Shown here: positions 47,208-55,736 of the stretch, in pieces | Numbering within the stretch: position 1 is the first letter of the stretch | Layout of the letters: every line of letters starts with the position of its first letter | IMG/VR virus record: IMGVR_UViG_3300044858_001565 | Location: 16,517-80,516 of that record | From: a virus | Strand: one strand, 5' to 3' | Length of the DNA: 64,000 nt | Made by a program: the position numbers and the translations under genes | The notes under the pieces: generated by a model | Database searches by the model: none | What the model was told of the DNA's origin: nothing | The model's input: only the letters and a program-made list of their open reading frames with translations

Positions 47208-47806
47208 TTCTTCTTGTCCTTCTTCTTGGGCTTGGCAGCAGGCTTTTTTGCCTTTGGCTTTCTCGTAGTCTTTCGTGCTTTCTTTGGCTTTTCAATAACA
47301 GGCTCGGGTTCGGTTTTCTTCTCAAAATTCTGAATATCGTTTTCCGTCAGGAAGGTGGGAAGTGTTTCAAAATTGTCACCCACCTTCAGGTAGTTCTCAC
47401 GGAACCACTTCTTCATTGCCGAGTCCACATCGCTCATCTCAATCTTCTTCAGTTTGATATATGCCTGCTTCTTTTCCTTTTGAATCCTACGCAAGAACGC
47501 ATAGTAGATGATCTGCGTGAAATACGAGAACGGATTGCTAGACTTGGAAGGATCAAAATTATATGCGTACAGCAGACAGTTTTCAATCCCGTCAGAGATC
47601 ATCTCGTCCCTGTATGGATAGTTTATGAAGTTCGGCTTGCGAGACAGATTTTCGGCAATCTTCATAAAGCACTCACCGATATAAGAGGTCACAGGTGGAT
47701 GCTTTTCTCCCGCCTTGTTTGCAGCGGTCACCAAAGTCTTCCACATCTTCATCTCTTCAAAAAACTTTTGATTGTCTATGTAATGGTCACTCTTCTTTTT
47801 TGCCAT
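47204..47806 (-). CDS. gp55: Late-transcription sigma factor (gp55)
   Basis: HYIDNQKF, YIGECFMKIA, EMISDGIENC, NPFSYFTQIIYYAFLRRIQKEK. Confidence 0.96.
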   Translation of the reverse strand: MAKKKSDHYIDNQKFFEEMKMWKTLVTAANKAGEKHPPVTSYIGECFMKIAENLSRKPNFINYPYRDEMISDGIENCLLYAYNFDPSKSSNPFSYFTQIIYYAFLRRIQKEKKQAYIKLKKIEMSDVDSAMKKWFRENYLKVGDNFETLPTFLTENDIQNFEKKTEPEPVIEKPKKARKTTRKPKAKKPAAKPKKKDKKK

Positions 47807-47834
47807 AGTATTCTCTCACATTATTAGGGGCGTG

Positions 47835-48713
47835 TCAAGCATCATCCTCTTTTTTAGGAGGATCGGGGAGATAGTCCTTTATATACGGTGACCAGTCTTC
47901 GTGACTGTTTCCGAATTGCGGATTTTCTTTTTTGTCAGCAGGAGGCTCTTCCCATTTATCTTTTGAGATTTTTTCCCGCTTGTTCTTCTTGGGCTTCTTT
48001 GGCTTGGGTTGAACATCGTCCTCCAAATCCTCTACCTCGTCTTCGTCGTCGTTCATCATTTCCTCAAGAAAGTCTGTGTTTATGAATTCTTCAACGGAAT
48101 CCTTCAGATAATCAAGAAATCCACTTTCAACCCAACTCTGTAGAATCTCCTGCGGAATGCTCACGGAGAAAACTATGGAATTAGGTGGACGAGTGGGAAT
48201 GTTTGGCATACCAAGTCCTGGCAAACCCATCCCACCAAGACCAGACAGTGGAGGCATGGGGGGAAACTGTGACTTGTTCTTTTGCTCTTCTGCATACTGC
48301 TTCAGAAGAGACTCTATTTCTCGGTCTGCCTCTTCCAGAGACTGCATCAGTTCTTCCTCTTTTTGTGGAGGAACAGGGTCTGCGTGACGAGCAGCGGTTG
48401 CGGCGCGTTCAGCATTATCTGATTCCACTTGCCGATCATACAGTTCAATCAAATCAGGATCAGGCGGCATATCAAGGAGAATGAAGTTGCACGGAAGTTC
48501 GGCAGACAGTTCTGATGTGGAACCCAACCAATCTGAAAAATATACTACATGACGCTTCACGCCAGTAAATGGATCGGCTTGAATGGATGTCACGACACGC
48601 ATGGGGCGATGAACCTTGATCTTGCTGCGGGTCTTACTCTCCACCTTGCCTATGATTTCTTCACCGCTACGGAGTTTGAAGACTCTGAGTCCACCTGTTT
48701 TCTTCTTGCTCAT
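47835..48713 (-). CDS. Hypothetical protein: N-terminal Sm-like domain plus long Pro/acidic tail
   Basis: VFKLRSGEEIIGKV; occupies the usual uvsW-gp55 slot. Confidence 0.6.
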   Translation of the reverse strand: MSKKKTGGLRVFKLRSGEEIIGKVESKTRSKIKVHRPMRVVTSIQADPFTGVKRHVVYFSDWLGSTSELSAELPCNFILLDMPPDPDLIELYDRQVESDNAERAATAARHADPVPPQKEEELMQSLEEADREIESLLKQYAEEQKNKSQFPPMPPLSGLGGMGLPGLGMPNIPTRPPNSIVFSVSIPQEILQSWVESGFLDYLKDSVEEFINTDFLEEMMNDDEDEVEDLEDDVQPKPKKPKKNKREKISKDKWEEPPADKKENPQFGNSHEDWSPYIKDYLPDPPKKEDDA

Positions 48714-50215
48714 AGGTCTTCTCCTAATTGGATGCGAACTGCCTTGTGGTCAAACCCTTCGGCTTCATACAGTCTCATACGCTCGTTCATATGCCGAAGC
48801 GTGTGGTTTTTCCACGATTTCCAAGAAAGATCATCTCCAATATCGTAAAGTCGCGCCGAACCCTTGTCTTTGGCGACACGCAACTGCCGCCCAATGCTTT
48901 GCAGAACTCGGATTCGGGACTTTGAGGGGGACGCAAAGATAATGTTGTTCAGTCTCCGTATGGAAATGCCTGTACTGAAGGTTCCGTAGGAAGCCACGAT
49001 CACGGCATCGTTTTCACTGTCAACAATCTTGCGTATCTCCTCTCGGTCTTCAGCCTCTGTTCCACCATGCACAAAGAATACCTTGCGTTCGTCCGGAAGG
49101 CAAGACCTCACAAGACTATTTAGCACCTTTCCATGATCCTCAACAAATTGAAATAGTATGAGTGTGTTGCCCTTCAGCCGCTTGCACAGGTTTGCAATAA
49201 ACCGATTGCGTCTTTCCGATTTGATGATCCACTTGATTTCGTCTTGATACTTTGCTCTCTTCACGGATTCGCGGTCAATATCAGGATACGACAGCACGAT
49301 GCAATCAATTTTCAAATCACTGAGAATCTTCTTCTCCATGAGTGATTTGGTTTTCGTGACCTCGTAGGCACGACCAAACAGCCCTTCAAGCACCAAGCGG
49401 TGGGTGTTCGTTCCGTCTAATGTGCCTGTGGTGCCCACTCTGAACGGACAACGCTTCAGTTTGGTCATTATTGCCGTGAGAGACTTGGACTTGAACAAGT
49501 GTGCCTCGTCGCCAACCACTGCACCGAACTGCTCAAACCACTTGTCGCTCTGCTTGTATACGCTCTGCCATGTTGACACCACAACACGCTTGTCCGTGGC
49601 TTTGTCGGCACCTGCGCTGATCTTGTGGCAGTTGTCTTCAACGCTCCACCTGTTCTCAGAAGAGTAGTCCGTGAAGTCCGTAATCATCTGCTCTACAAGA
49701 GACACCGTAGGCACAATGATAAGCACCTTCTTGTCCTTGCCAATCTTGCTCAAGTAGTAACGGAGCAGAGAGTAGATGATAAGGCTCTTTCCGCTGCCCG
49801 TGGGAGACAGCAGCAGGCAGCGTTCCTCCTGCATGGCATGAAGAACCGCGTTTACTTGGTGTTCGTGTGCAGGGGTTTTGTTGCCGTGAACCCGTATGTC
49901 TAGATGGTCTTCAATAAACCCCTTGACATCCTTGAAAGTGGTCTTGAATCCGTTTCGCACAGGCAGGGCAACGGTGTATTGCCGCTCCTCTGCAAACTTC
50001 TTAATGTAGTCCACAAGACCTGCGTATATGTGCTGTGTGTGGACATTGTACAGTTTGATCTCTCCGTTCCACAGACGGGCACGATACGCTGGCATGAATT
50101 TGTAACCAGGAACCTTGAATGTAAAGTAGTCCGAAAGTTCAAGAGCAATGCCACGGTCGCACTGCACACGAACATATACGGAGTCCACTTCTGTTACATC
50201 AAGGTCTACCATCAT
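48710..50215 (-). CDS. uvsW: DNA helicase UvsW
   Basis: SPTGSGKS, VGDEAH, GTTGT, SYGTFSTGI, QSIGRQLR. Confidence 0.96.
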   Translation of the reverse strand: MMVDLDVTEVDSVYVRVQCDRGIALELSDYFTFKVPGYKFMPAYRARLWNGEIKLYNVHTQHIYAGLVDYIKKFAEERQYTVALPVRNGFKTTFKDVKGFIEDHLDIRVHGNKTPAHEHQVNAVLHAMQEERCLLLSPTGSGKSLIIYSLLRYYLSKIGKDKKVLIIVPTVSLVEQMITDFTDYSSENRWSVEDNCHKISAGADKATDKRVVVSTWQSVYKQSDKWFEQFGAVVGDEAHLFKSKSLTAIMTKLKRCPFRVGTTGTLDGTNTHRLVLEGLFGRAYEVTKTKSLMEKKILSDLKIDCIVLSYPDIDRESVKRAKYQDEIKWIIKSERRNRFIANLCKRLKGNTLILFQFVEDHGKVLNSLVRSCLPDERKVFFVHGGTEAEDREEIRKIVDSENDAVIVASYGTFSTGISIRRLNNIIFASPSKSRIRVLQSIGRQLRVAKDKGSARLYDIGDDLSWKSWKNHTLRHMNERMRLYEAEGFDHKAVRIQLGEDL

Positions 50216-50760
50216 GCGAGATCCGCTCCAAACACCGCTTCACTATTGAATCTGATGGGAACAGGAAGAGACAATTCTCCTCTCCACCCCACAACCTGCA
50301 CTCCCGCGTCCCGCATCATGCGTAGCCCGTGCAGAACCGATTCACGCCAACGATCAGGTGTCCGTTCCAAAAGCACCGAAGATGTCACCACGCGCTGCAC
50401 TCCAAACTCAATTATCGTTCGGGCACACTCCGCACACGCTGCCCATGTGCCGTAAAGGTGGAGTCCGCGCACAGGCAGTCCGTTCAGGACTGCCTTGTAG
50501 ATCACACGGCGTTCCGCGTGTTCAGTGCAGTAGTTCTTGTCTTCTGGAAGAAGAGGATATCCTGCGGCTAGCAGTGATTCAGGAACGGCGTTCCAAGCAG
50601 ACACCAGCGGTCCCTGTGTGGGAATAACCAGTGTGCATCCAACCTGTGTGCGTAGATCGGTGCTGTGCCGCGCAGCAGAGAATGCTGCCTGCATATACAT
50701 TTTGTCTATCCACCATCCCTTTGGGTCAGGGGGTGCTAGTTCGGAAAATTCATTGACCAT
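50212..50760 (-). CDS. dCMP-deaminase-like zinc deaminase
   Basis: STD..TQVGC, HAE, CAEC..TIIEFGV..V. Confidence 0.8.
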   Translation of the reverse strand: MVNEFSELAPPDPKGWWIDKMYMQAAFSAARHSTDLRTQVGCTLVIPTQGPLVSAWNAVPESLLAAGYPLLPEDKNYCTEHAERRVIYKAVLNGLPVRGLHLYGTWAACAECARTIIEFGVQRVVTSSVLLERTPDRWRESVLHGLRMMRDAGVQVVGWRGELSLPVPIRFNSEAVFGADLA

Positions 50761-51184
50761 TTACGAATTTCCTCCACTCTATGGCATTCCGTATCTTCCA
50801 GTGGCGATTGTTTAGTTCCTTCACGATCTCTTCAAGCAGAGCAATCTTCTCTTTCAGATACTCCATCTTCTGCTGCAAACGGTGCAGATCGGTGTCGCCG
50901 TCCAAGTAAATGTCCAGATCGTTTCGCAGAATCTTCAGGGCAAACGGCTCCCATCCGCGAGCAAGGAGTTCTTCCTGTGACATCTTGCCCGTATAGTATT
51001 CCCACTTTGCGCGGCGCAGCACGGCATAGTCTGATTGCGCCTTCTTCATGCACAGCCGCTCATCTGTCAAAAAATTCAAATACTTGCTGTGCAGTTGGGG
51101 AATCTTCAGCGACTCCAAATCAAGAGCAGCGTCATCAAGCCGCACATCCCGTTCAATTTCCTTACGAATATCGTCTAGCGTCAT
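50750..51184 (-). CDS. uvsY: Recombination mediator UvsY
   Basis: ESLKIPQLHSKYL, KWEYYTGK, IRNAIEWRKF. Confidence 0.93.
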   Translation of the reverse strand: MTLDDIRKEIERDVRLDDAALDLESLKIPQLHSKYLNFLTDERLCMKKAQSDYAVLRRAKWEYYTGKMSQEELLARGWEPFALKILRNDLDIYLDGDTDLHRLQQKMEYLKEKIALLEEIVKELNNRHWKIRNAIEWRKFVNGQ

Positions 51185-51202
51185 TGGGTTCTCCGTGTGG
51201 GC

Positions 51203-51230
51203 AGTATACACCACACAGCGCACCTTTCAA
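51203..51230 (-). promoter_or_regulatory. Sigma70-type promoter for the uvsY operon
   Basis: TTGAAA-16 nt-TATACT, followed by GGAG SD. Confidence 0.65.
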
Positions 51231-51240
51231 CACGAAAAAC

Positions 51241-51762
51241 TCAAATTAGTTCTATATTGTAATTTCTATATCCGAATGTAGCCGTGCATTGAAACGGTTC
51301 TGGATCTATTGCGGTTGAAGTAAAGTCTACCGAGCCAAGGGTGCGTGGGAACAGCCCCTCAAAGGTCACATTGATTTTTGGATTCTTCGTACTGTTCAGA
51401 ATAATGAGATTGCCTGTGGTGAGGTGGTGGTTGGTGTATTCTTGGTAGTTTTCAATATTGGTTGAAGACCGCATCCAATTGAATATCTCAAGCCAGTTTT
51501 TTAGATTTTCGTCCACGATGAATGTAATACTCAATTCGTCAAAGTCCAGTTTGGACGGGGACTTCAGCGGGACGAACGGAGTTGGCATCTGCACCTCGCT
51601 CATGGTCACCGTTGGCAAGGACGCAGACTGACAGAAATACACTGTGGCAGGAAGACGAGACACATAGAACCGATAGTAGGTCGGGAGCAGGGGATTGATC
51701 TGCTCGGGATACCGATCCTTGATGTCATCGGGAATGTCGTAGAACTGATAGGTGTTTGCCAT
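51241..51762 (-). CDS. gp3: Tail tube terminator / tail completion protein (gp3)
   Basis: YFCQSASLP, LSITFIVDENLKNWLEIFNW, ATFGY; follows gp23. Confidence 0.88.
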   Translation of the reverse strand: MANTYQFYDIPDDIKDRYPEQINPLLPTYYRFYVSRLPATVYFCQSASLPTVTMSEVQMPTPFVPLKSPSKLDFDELSITFIVDENLKNWLEIFNWMRSSTNIENYQEYTNHHLTTGNLIILNSTKNPKINVTFEGLFPRTLGSVDFTSTAIDPEPFQCTATFGYRNYNIELI

Positions 51763-51767
51763 ACTAG

Positions 51768-51774
51768 TATGTAG
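51768..51774 (-). promoter_or_regulatory. Late-promoter variant CTACATA
   Basis: 5 nt upstream of the gp3 ATG, just past the gp23 terminator. Confidence 0.55.
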
Positions 51775-51809
51775 AAACGATAAGGGGAGGGGTTTCCCCC
51801 TCCCCCTTC
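51773..51809 (-). terminator. Intrinsic terminator after gp23
   Basis: Minus strand GGGGAGGGG-GAAA-CCCCTCCCC followed by TTATCGTTTCT. Confidence 0.8.
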
Positions 51810-51829
51810 GTGCGGTTTAGTGCAGTCTA

Positions 51830-53263
51830 TTACGATGCAACGCCGTGGAGGTTGTCCACACGGAAGATGCGGTAGTAGACATTGCTGCGAGCAGTTAGTG
51901 CTCCAAGTCCCTGAGATGCGCCCTCAGCGAATGGGTTGGCGACCATGCCGTAGCGGGTCTTGAACGCCATCTTGGGCTGGAAGGTGCTGGTATCAACAGC
52001 ACGCATCATCTGTAGTGGGACATACGGGCAGTAGAAGATACCTGCATCGTATGGGCTGCTGCCCTTATATCCAACGCAAACAAAGTTTGTTGGAGCAGCG
52101 GTGCTGATGTAAGGATCAATGTAAACCTTGATCTTACCGTTGAGTGTTCCAGCAAAGGTGTTGCCGGTGTCATCAACATCAAGGCTGACATTCAGAGCGG
52201 GGCTGATGTTGAGGAAGCCACCCATAGCGAGGGCGCTAGCAACATCTGCCGAGCAGATGATGAAGTTGCCCTTGCCACGACGGGTTTCCTTGGCGATGAC
52301 ATTGCACTCACGCTCAATCTGGAACATCAGACCACGGAACTTCTCCGCGCTCCAACGACCATCCGAGTCCTGAATGAGGTCGTATACGCCACCGATAGCC
52401 GATCCGCTCGAAAGACCACCAGCAACCGTCTTGTAGTAAAGATCGGTCTGCTGTGCGCCCAACTTGGCGCAACGGTAGACATTGCGGACTACCTCGCGGT
52501 TGATTTCAGCAAGAATCTCGGTGCTCAGGATGTTGCTGAGTTCAGTCTCAGCGTCAAGACCGTGAACAGCCTTGAGATCCTGTGCGAGTTCAATGCTGTA
52601 CGAAGCGGCAAGCATACGAGTAGCAGCCTGAACGCCGACGCGCTCAATGCTGAATGCCATCTCGTTTGGTGCTTCGCCTTCAGCGAAGTTGGTGCGTAGA
52701 CCAGAGCCTGTGGTTAGACCGCTGACGGTTACATCAGTGGTTCCGAAGAACGGATCAACGCCGGTCACTGGACCGAAACCAGCAGTATTGCCGAGTGCGG
52801 CACCACCTGCGGTTGCTCCAGAGAAACCAGTGCGAGTCGGATCAGACGAACCTGCAAACAGAGTGTTTGGCTCGTTGAACAGAGCCTCGCTTCCGCCCTG
52901 TGTAGCATAACGGCTACGCATTGCGAAGATCAGACCTGTCGGAGCCGACATAGCCTGAACGCCGCAAATGTCGTAAGCCATGAGGTTTGGCATGGAACGA
53001 CGAACCAACTGGATGAGAATTGGGTCGTAGCCACGGAGATTGCCGTTCTCTCCACCCGAAGCGAGAGGAGACATACCAGCGCCAAGAGCGTTGGTGGGCG
53101 AAGCCTCAGCGATCATCTGCTCGCGGATAGCCTTCTCCTGGTTCTCCAGAAGGGTAGCAACGGTGGCACGCTTGTGAGCGTCTGTGATCTTTGGGAGATC
53201 ACTGTGGTCTAGAACAGGCTTCCACTTGCGGATTGCCTGCTCGGTTAGAAACTTATTTTCCAT
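51830..53263 (-). CDS. gp23: Major capsid protein (gp23)
   Basis: LVRRSMPNLMAYDICGVQ, ELAQDLKAVHGLDAE, YCPYVPL, FKTRYG. Confidence 0.98.
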   Translation of the reverse strand: MENKFLTEQAIRKWKPVLDHSDLPKITDAHKRATVATLLENQEKAIREQMIAEASPTNALGAGMSPLASGGENGNLRGYDPILIQLVRRSMPNLMAYDICGVQAMSAPTGLIFAMRSRYATQGGSEALFNEPNTLFAGSSDPTRTGFSGATAGGAALGNTAGFGPVTGVDPFFGTTDVTVSGLTTGSGLRTNFAEGEAPNEMAFSIERVGVQAATRMLAASYSIELAQDLKAVHGLDAETELSNILSTEILAEINREVVRNVYRCAKLGAQQTDLYYKTVAGGLSSGSAIGGVYDLIQDSDGRWSAEKFRGLMFQIERECNVIAKETRRGKGNFIICSADVASALAMGGFLNISPALNVSLDVDDTGNTFAGTLNGKIKVYIDPYISTAAPTNFVCVGYKGSSPYDAGIFYCPYVPLQMMRAVDTSTFQPKMAFKTRYGMVANPFAEGASQGLGALTARSNVYYRIFRVDNLHGVAS

Positions 53264-53321
53264 TTTCCCTACTCCTATTTGTTAACAGTCTTTTGACTGA
53301 AAATGACTCTGAACTTGAAGG

Positions 53322-54527
53322 TTATTCCTTCGACTTGCTCATTGAGCGCACATATGCCTCAACGAGTGGTGATGCTTCCGAAGCGTCCTCGTAGGACTCT
53401 TCAAGTCCTTCTTCCTTGGTTGCTTCTTCTGCGGCGACTCCGATGGTTTCGATGTTCTCACGGAGAACAGCGACTTTCTCGGCAAACTGCTCGACGGTAT
53501 CGAAATCAAGATCCTCGGCTAGACGACGAAGTTTCTCTACATCGGTATCGGCAAGTCCTTCTGCGATCTCGCGGAAGACGATTTCGCACTTCAACTGCTC
53601 AACCTCTTCAACGAGTTCCATGTTCTTCTCAACCTGTGTCTTTAGTTCACCGTCAAGGTTCTGAACCTCTTCGACGGTGGACTCGAACAGGTCCAACTTC
53701 TCCTCGGGAACCTCAATGTAAGACTCGGCAAACAGTCCACGGAGGTTGGAGATGAAGTTCTCGGTAATCTCGGTGCGGAGTCCCTGCTCAACAGCGAGGC
53801 GGTTCTCCTGCATCCACTCTTCAACCACATAGTTGAGATAATCGTCAATTCGCTCAACGAGTTCTTCGGTCACAGCAACGGTGTGCTGCTCAAGAAGATC
53901 CTCGTATTGCGACTTCAACTGCTCTTCAACCTGGTGAACGCGCTCGGCAAGGTGAGCCTCAAACAGTGTTGCAGCCTGAGACTTGAACTCTTCCGACAGT
54001 TCCTGACCATTGAACATGGCAGCAATGTCTTCCTTCTTCAGTGAAGGATACTTTGTCTCAGCCTTGGCAGCAGAGGGCTTGGGCTTGATGGTAGCCATGT
54101 TCTTGGCGCTGTTGTCGCCGGTTGGCTCGGCAATCTTCTGCCCCTTCTTGTTGGCATCGTGGGCAATCTTGGTGTCGGCATAGTCCGAAGCAGCCTCTTC
54201 CATCTTTTCCTTCTTCTTGCCAAACTTGCCCTTGAGGAAGGCAGGCATCTTCTTCTTGCCCTTCTTATCTTCCTCCTCGTCTTCCTCTTCTTCACCCTCT
54301 TCCTCTTCGTCCTCTTCTTCCTCAGACTCTTCGTCCTTGGCTTCTTCGATGACTTCTTCGGAAGCGTCGTCTTCAAAGACTTCTTCGCCCTCTACAAACG
54401 AGTCCTCATCAGCGGCTTCCTCGGCAGGCTCCACTGGCTCCTCGTTCTCGGGATTGGCGTTCTCGGCAAGGAAGCCTTCGCCCAGGATTACCTTCTTGAT
54501 GACATCTTCGATCTTTTCGTTAGCCAT
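53322..54527 (-). CDS. gp22: Prohead core scaffold protein (gp22)
   Basis: ELSEEFK..AATLFEA, DDYLNYVVEEWMQEN.LAVE.GLR.EI. Confidence 0.93.
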   Translation of the reverse strand: MANEKIEDVIKKVILGEGFLAENANPENEEPVEPAEEAADEDSFVEGEEVFEDDASEEVIEEAKDEESEEEEDEEEEGEEEEDEEEDKKGKKKMPAFLKGKFGKKKEKMEEAASDYADTKIAHDANKKGQKIAEPTGDNSAKNMATIKPKPSAAKAETKYPSLKKEDIAAMFNGQELSEEFKSQAATLFEAHLAERVHQVEEQLKSQYEDLLEQHTVAVTEELVERIDDYLNYVVEEWMQENRLAVEQGLRTEITENFISNLRGLFAESYIEVPEEKLDLFESTVEEVQNLDGELKTQVEKNMELVEEVEQLKCEIVFREIAEGLADTDVEKLRRLAEDLDFDTVEQFAEKVAVLRENIETIGVAAEEATKEEGLEESYEDASEASPLVEAYVRSMSKSKE

Positions 54528-54549
54528 GACTGTGAGTCTCCTTTGAATT

Positions 54550-54556
54550 TATGTAG
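54550..54556 (-). promoter_or_regulatory. Late-promoter variant CTACATA upstream of gp22
   Basis: TATGTAG on + strand in the gp21-gp22 gap, followed by AAAGGAG SD. Confidence 0.55.
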
Positions 54557-54561
54557 TCTGC

Positions 54562-55203
54562 TCAGAGTTTTGAGATAAAGTCTTTGAAAATCTGCAACGC
54601 CTGCTCCTCCAACTTACGAGATGGAGTCCGTTCGATGGTTTTCTTGTAGTTTTCCACATCGACAGGCTTTAGAACACCACCATCCCATATCCATTCACGC
54701 CCTTCCATGATGCCGTTGACGAATGCGTTGGGGGCAGACGGATCTGCAACCACATCTACAGCAGCCAACATGAAGTCTTCCTGAACAATATTTACCCCGT
54801 CCTCTTCCTTCAGGCTTCCCATGCCACGGGAGGACACGCCCAGTTTCACACCCTCGTCAATAAGGTTGCGGACAATCTTGCCGTATGGGGTGTCTAGAAT
54901 TTTTGCTTTGCCGTATACATCGTTCTTCTCAAGGCGAAGATCCTTGATGAGGTGGGAAACACGCTCAAGGTTCACGGTTGGACCCTCGGGGTGACCGAGT
55001 TCGCCCATTGCACGGTTGGTCTTTACATATTCGCTCTGATACCGATTCAGTTCCTTCTCCATCACGGCAATGGGATACACGCGACCGTTCCTGTTCTTGG
55101 ACTCAGCCTGCATGAACACGCCTTCAATGAAGTAGTGCTTCTTACCGTCTTTTTCTTCGGTGAGAATATTGATGTCTTGAACTGTTTCGGTGATGAGTTT
55201 CAT
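54562..55203 (-). CDS. gp21: Prohead protease (gp21)
   Basis: MKLITE, NRNGRVY, GELGHP, GVSSRGMGSL, DVVADPSAPNAFV. Confidence 0.96.
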   Translation of the reverse strand: MKLITETVQDINILTEEKDGKKHYFIEGVFMQAESKNRNGRVYPIAVMEKELNRYQSEYVKTNRAMGELGHPEGPTVNLERVSHLIKDLRLEKNDVYGKAKILDTPYGKIVRNLIDEGVKLGVSSRGMGSLKEEDGVNIVQEDFMLAAVDVVADPSAPNAFVNGIMEGREWIWDGGVLKPVDVENYKKTIERTPSRKLEEQALQIFKDFISKL

Positions 55204-55520
55204 CAGTCCTGACCAGCCTTCTTGTTGTGGAGTTTCCAAGCGGTGGCATACATGACGCTCTTGCCGCGCTTGCCATACTGCTTCGCAAACGAAGCCTTGG
55301 TCTTCTTGGAGCCAGTCATCTTCTCCATGCCTGGAGGAGACACTTCATCCAACTGCTCCGCGTCTTCCTGCACGGTATTGAACACAGACTGTGCAACCTC
55401 AAGACGAGCCTCGTCTAGTGCAAGCGATGCACGGGCGTAGAGCGACTTGAAAACCAATTCCTTGGCTTCAGCAAAACTCTTGTTCAAAACTGCTTTTGCG
55501 ATATGCTTGGTTGTGTCCAT
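55203..55520 (-). CDS. Small prohead core / internal protein (gp68-like position)
   Basis: Between portal and protease; LDE site and FAKQYGKRGKSVMYATAWK motif. Confidence 0.6.
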   Translation of the reverse strand: MDTTKHIAKAVLNKSFAEAKELVFKSLYARASLALDEARLEVAQSVFNTVQEDAEQLDEVSPPGMEKMTGSKKTKASFAKQYGKRGKSVMYATAWKLHNKKAGQD

Positions 55521-55544
55521 TTGCGCTCTCCTATGAGACTAGAT

Positions 55545-55551
55545 TATTTAG
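55545..55551 (-). promoter_or_regulatory. Late promoter CTAAATA
   Basis: Overlaps the upstream stop codon; AGGAG SD follows. Confidence 0.55.
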
Positions 55552-55736
55552 TTCTGGACTTCGTTTGACTGGGTTTCTTCGCTAGATTCTGCCTCTGTTT
55601 CAGGTAAGACACCCTTGAACAGATTATTTGAAATACGCTCCTTTTCAGCATCCAATCGCTCTGCGACCTTGGATTTGAGGGAACCGTATACGGCAGTCTT
55701 GAATTCGTTGTATGAGCCAACCATCAGGTGTTCCAC
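55548..55736 (-). CDS. Small prohead core protein (gp67-like position)
   Basis: Directly after portal; LKSKVAERLDAEKERISNNLF. Confidence 0.6.
   Translation of the reverse strand: MEHLMVGSYNEFKTAVYGSLKSKVAERLDAEKERISNNLFKGVLPETEAESSEETQSNEVQN

Noticed and set aside
47807-47838. Sigma70 promoter upstream of gp55 (TTGACA present)
   Set aside because: The -10 at canonical spacing (GAGAAT) is weak and only 3 nt from the ATG
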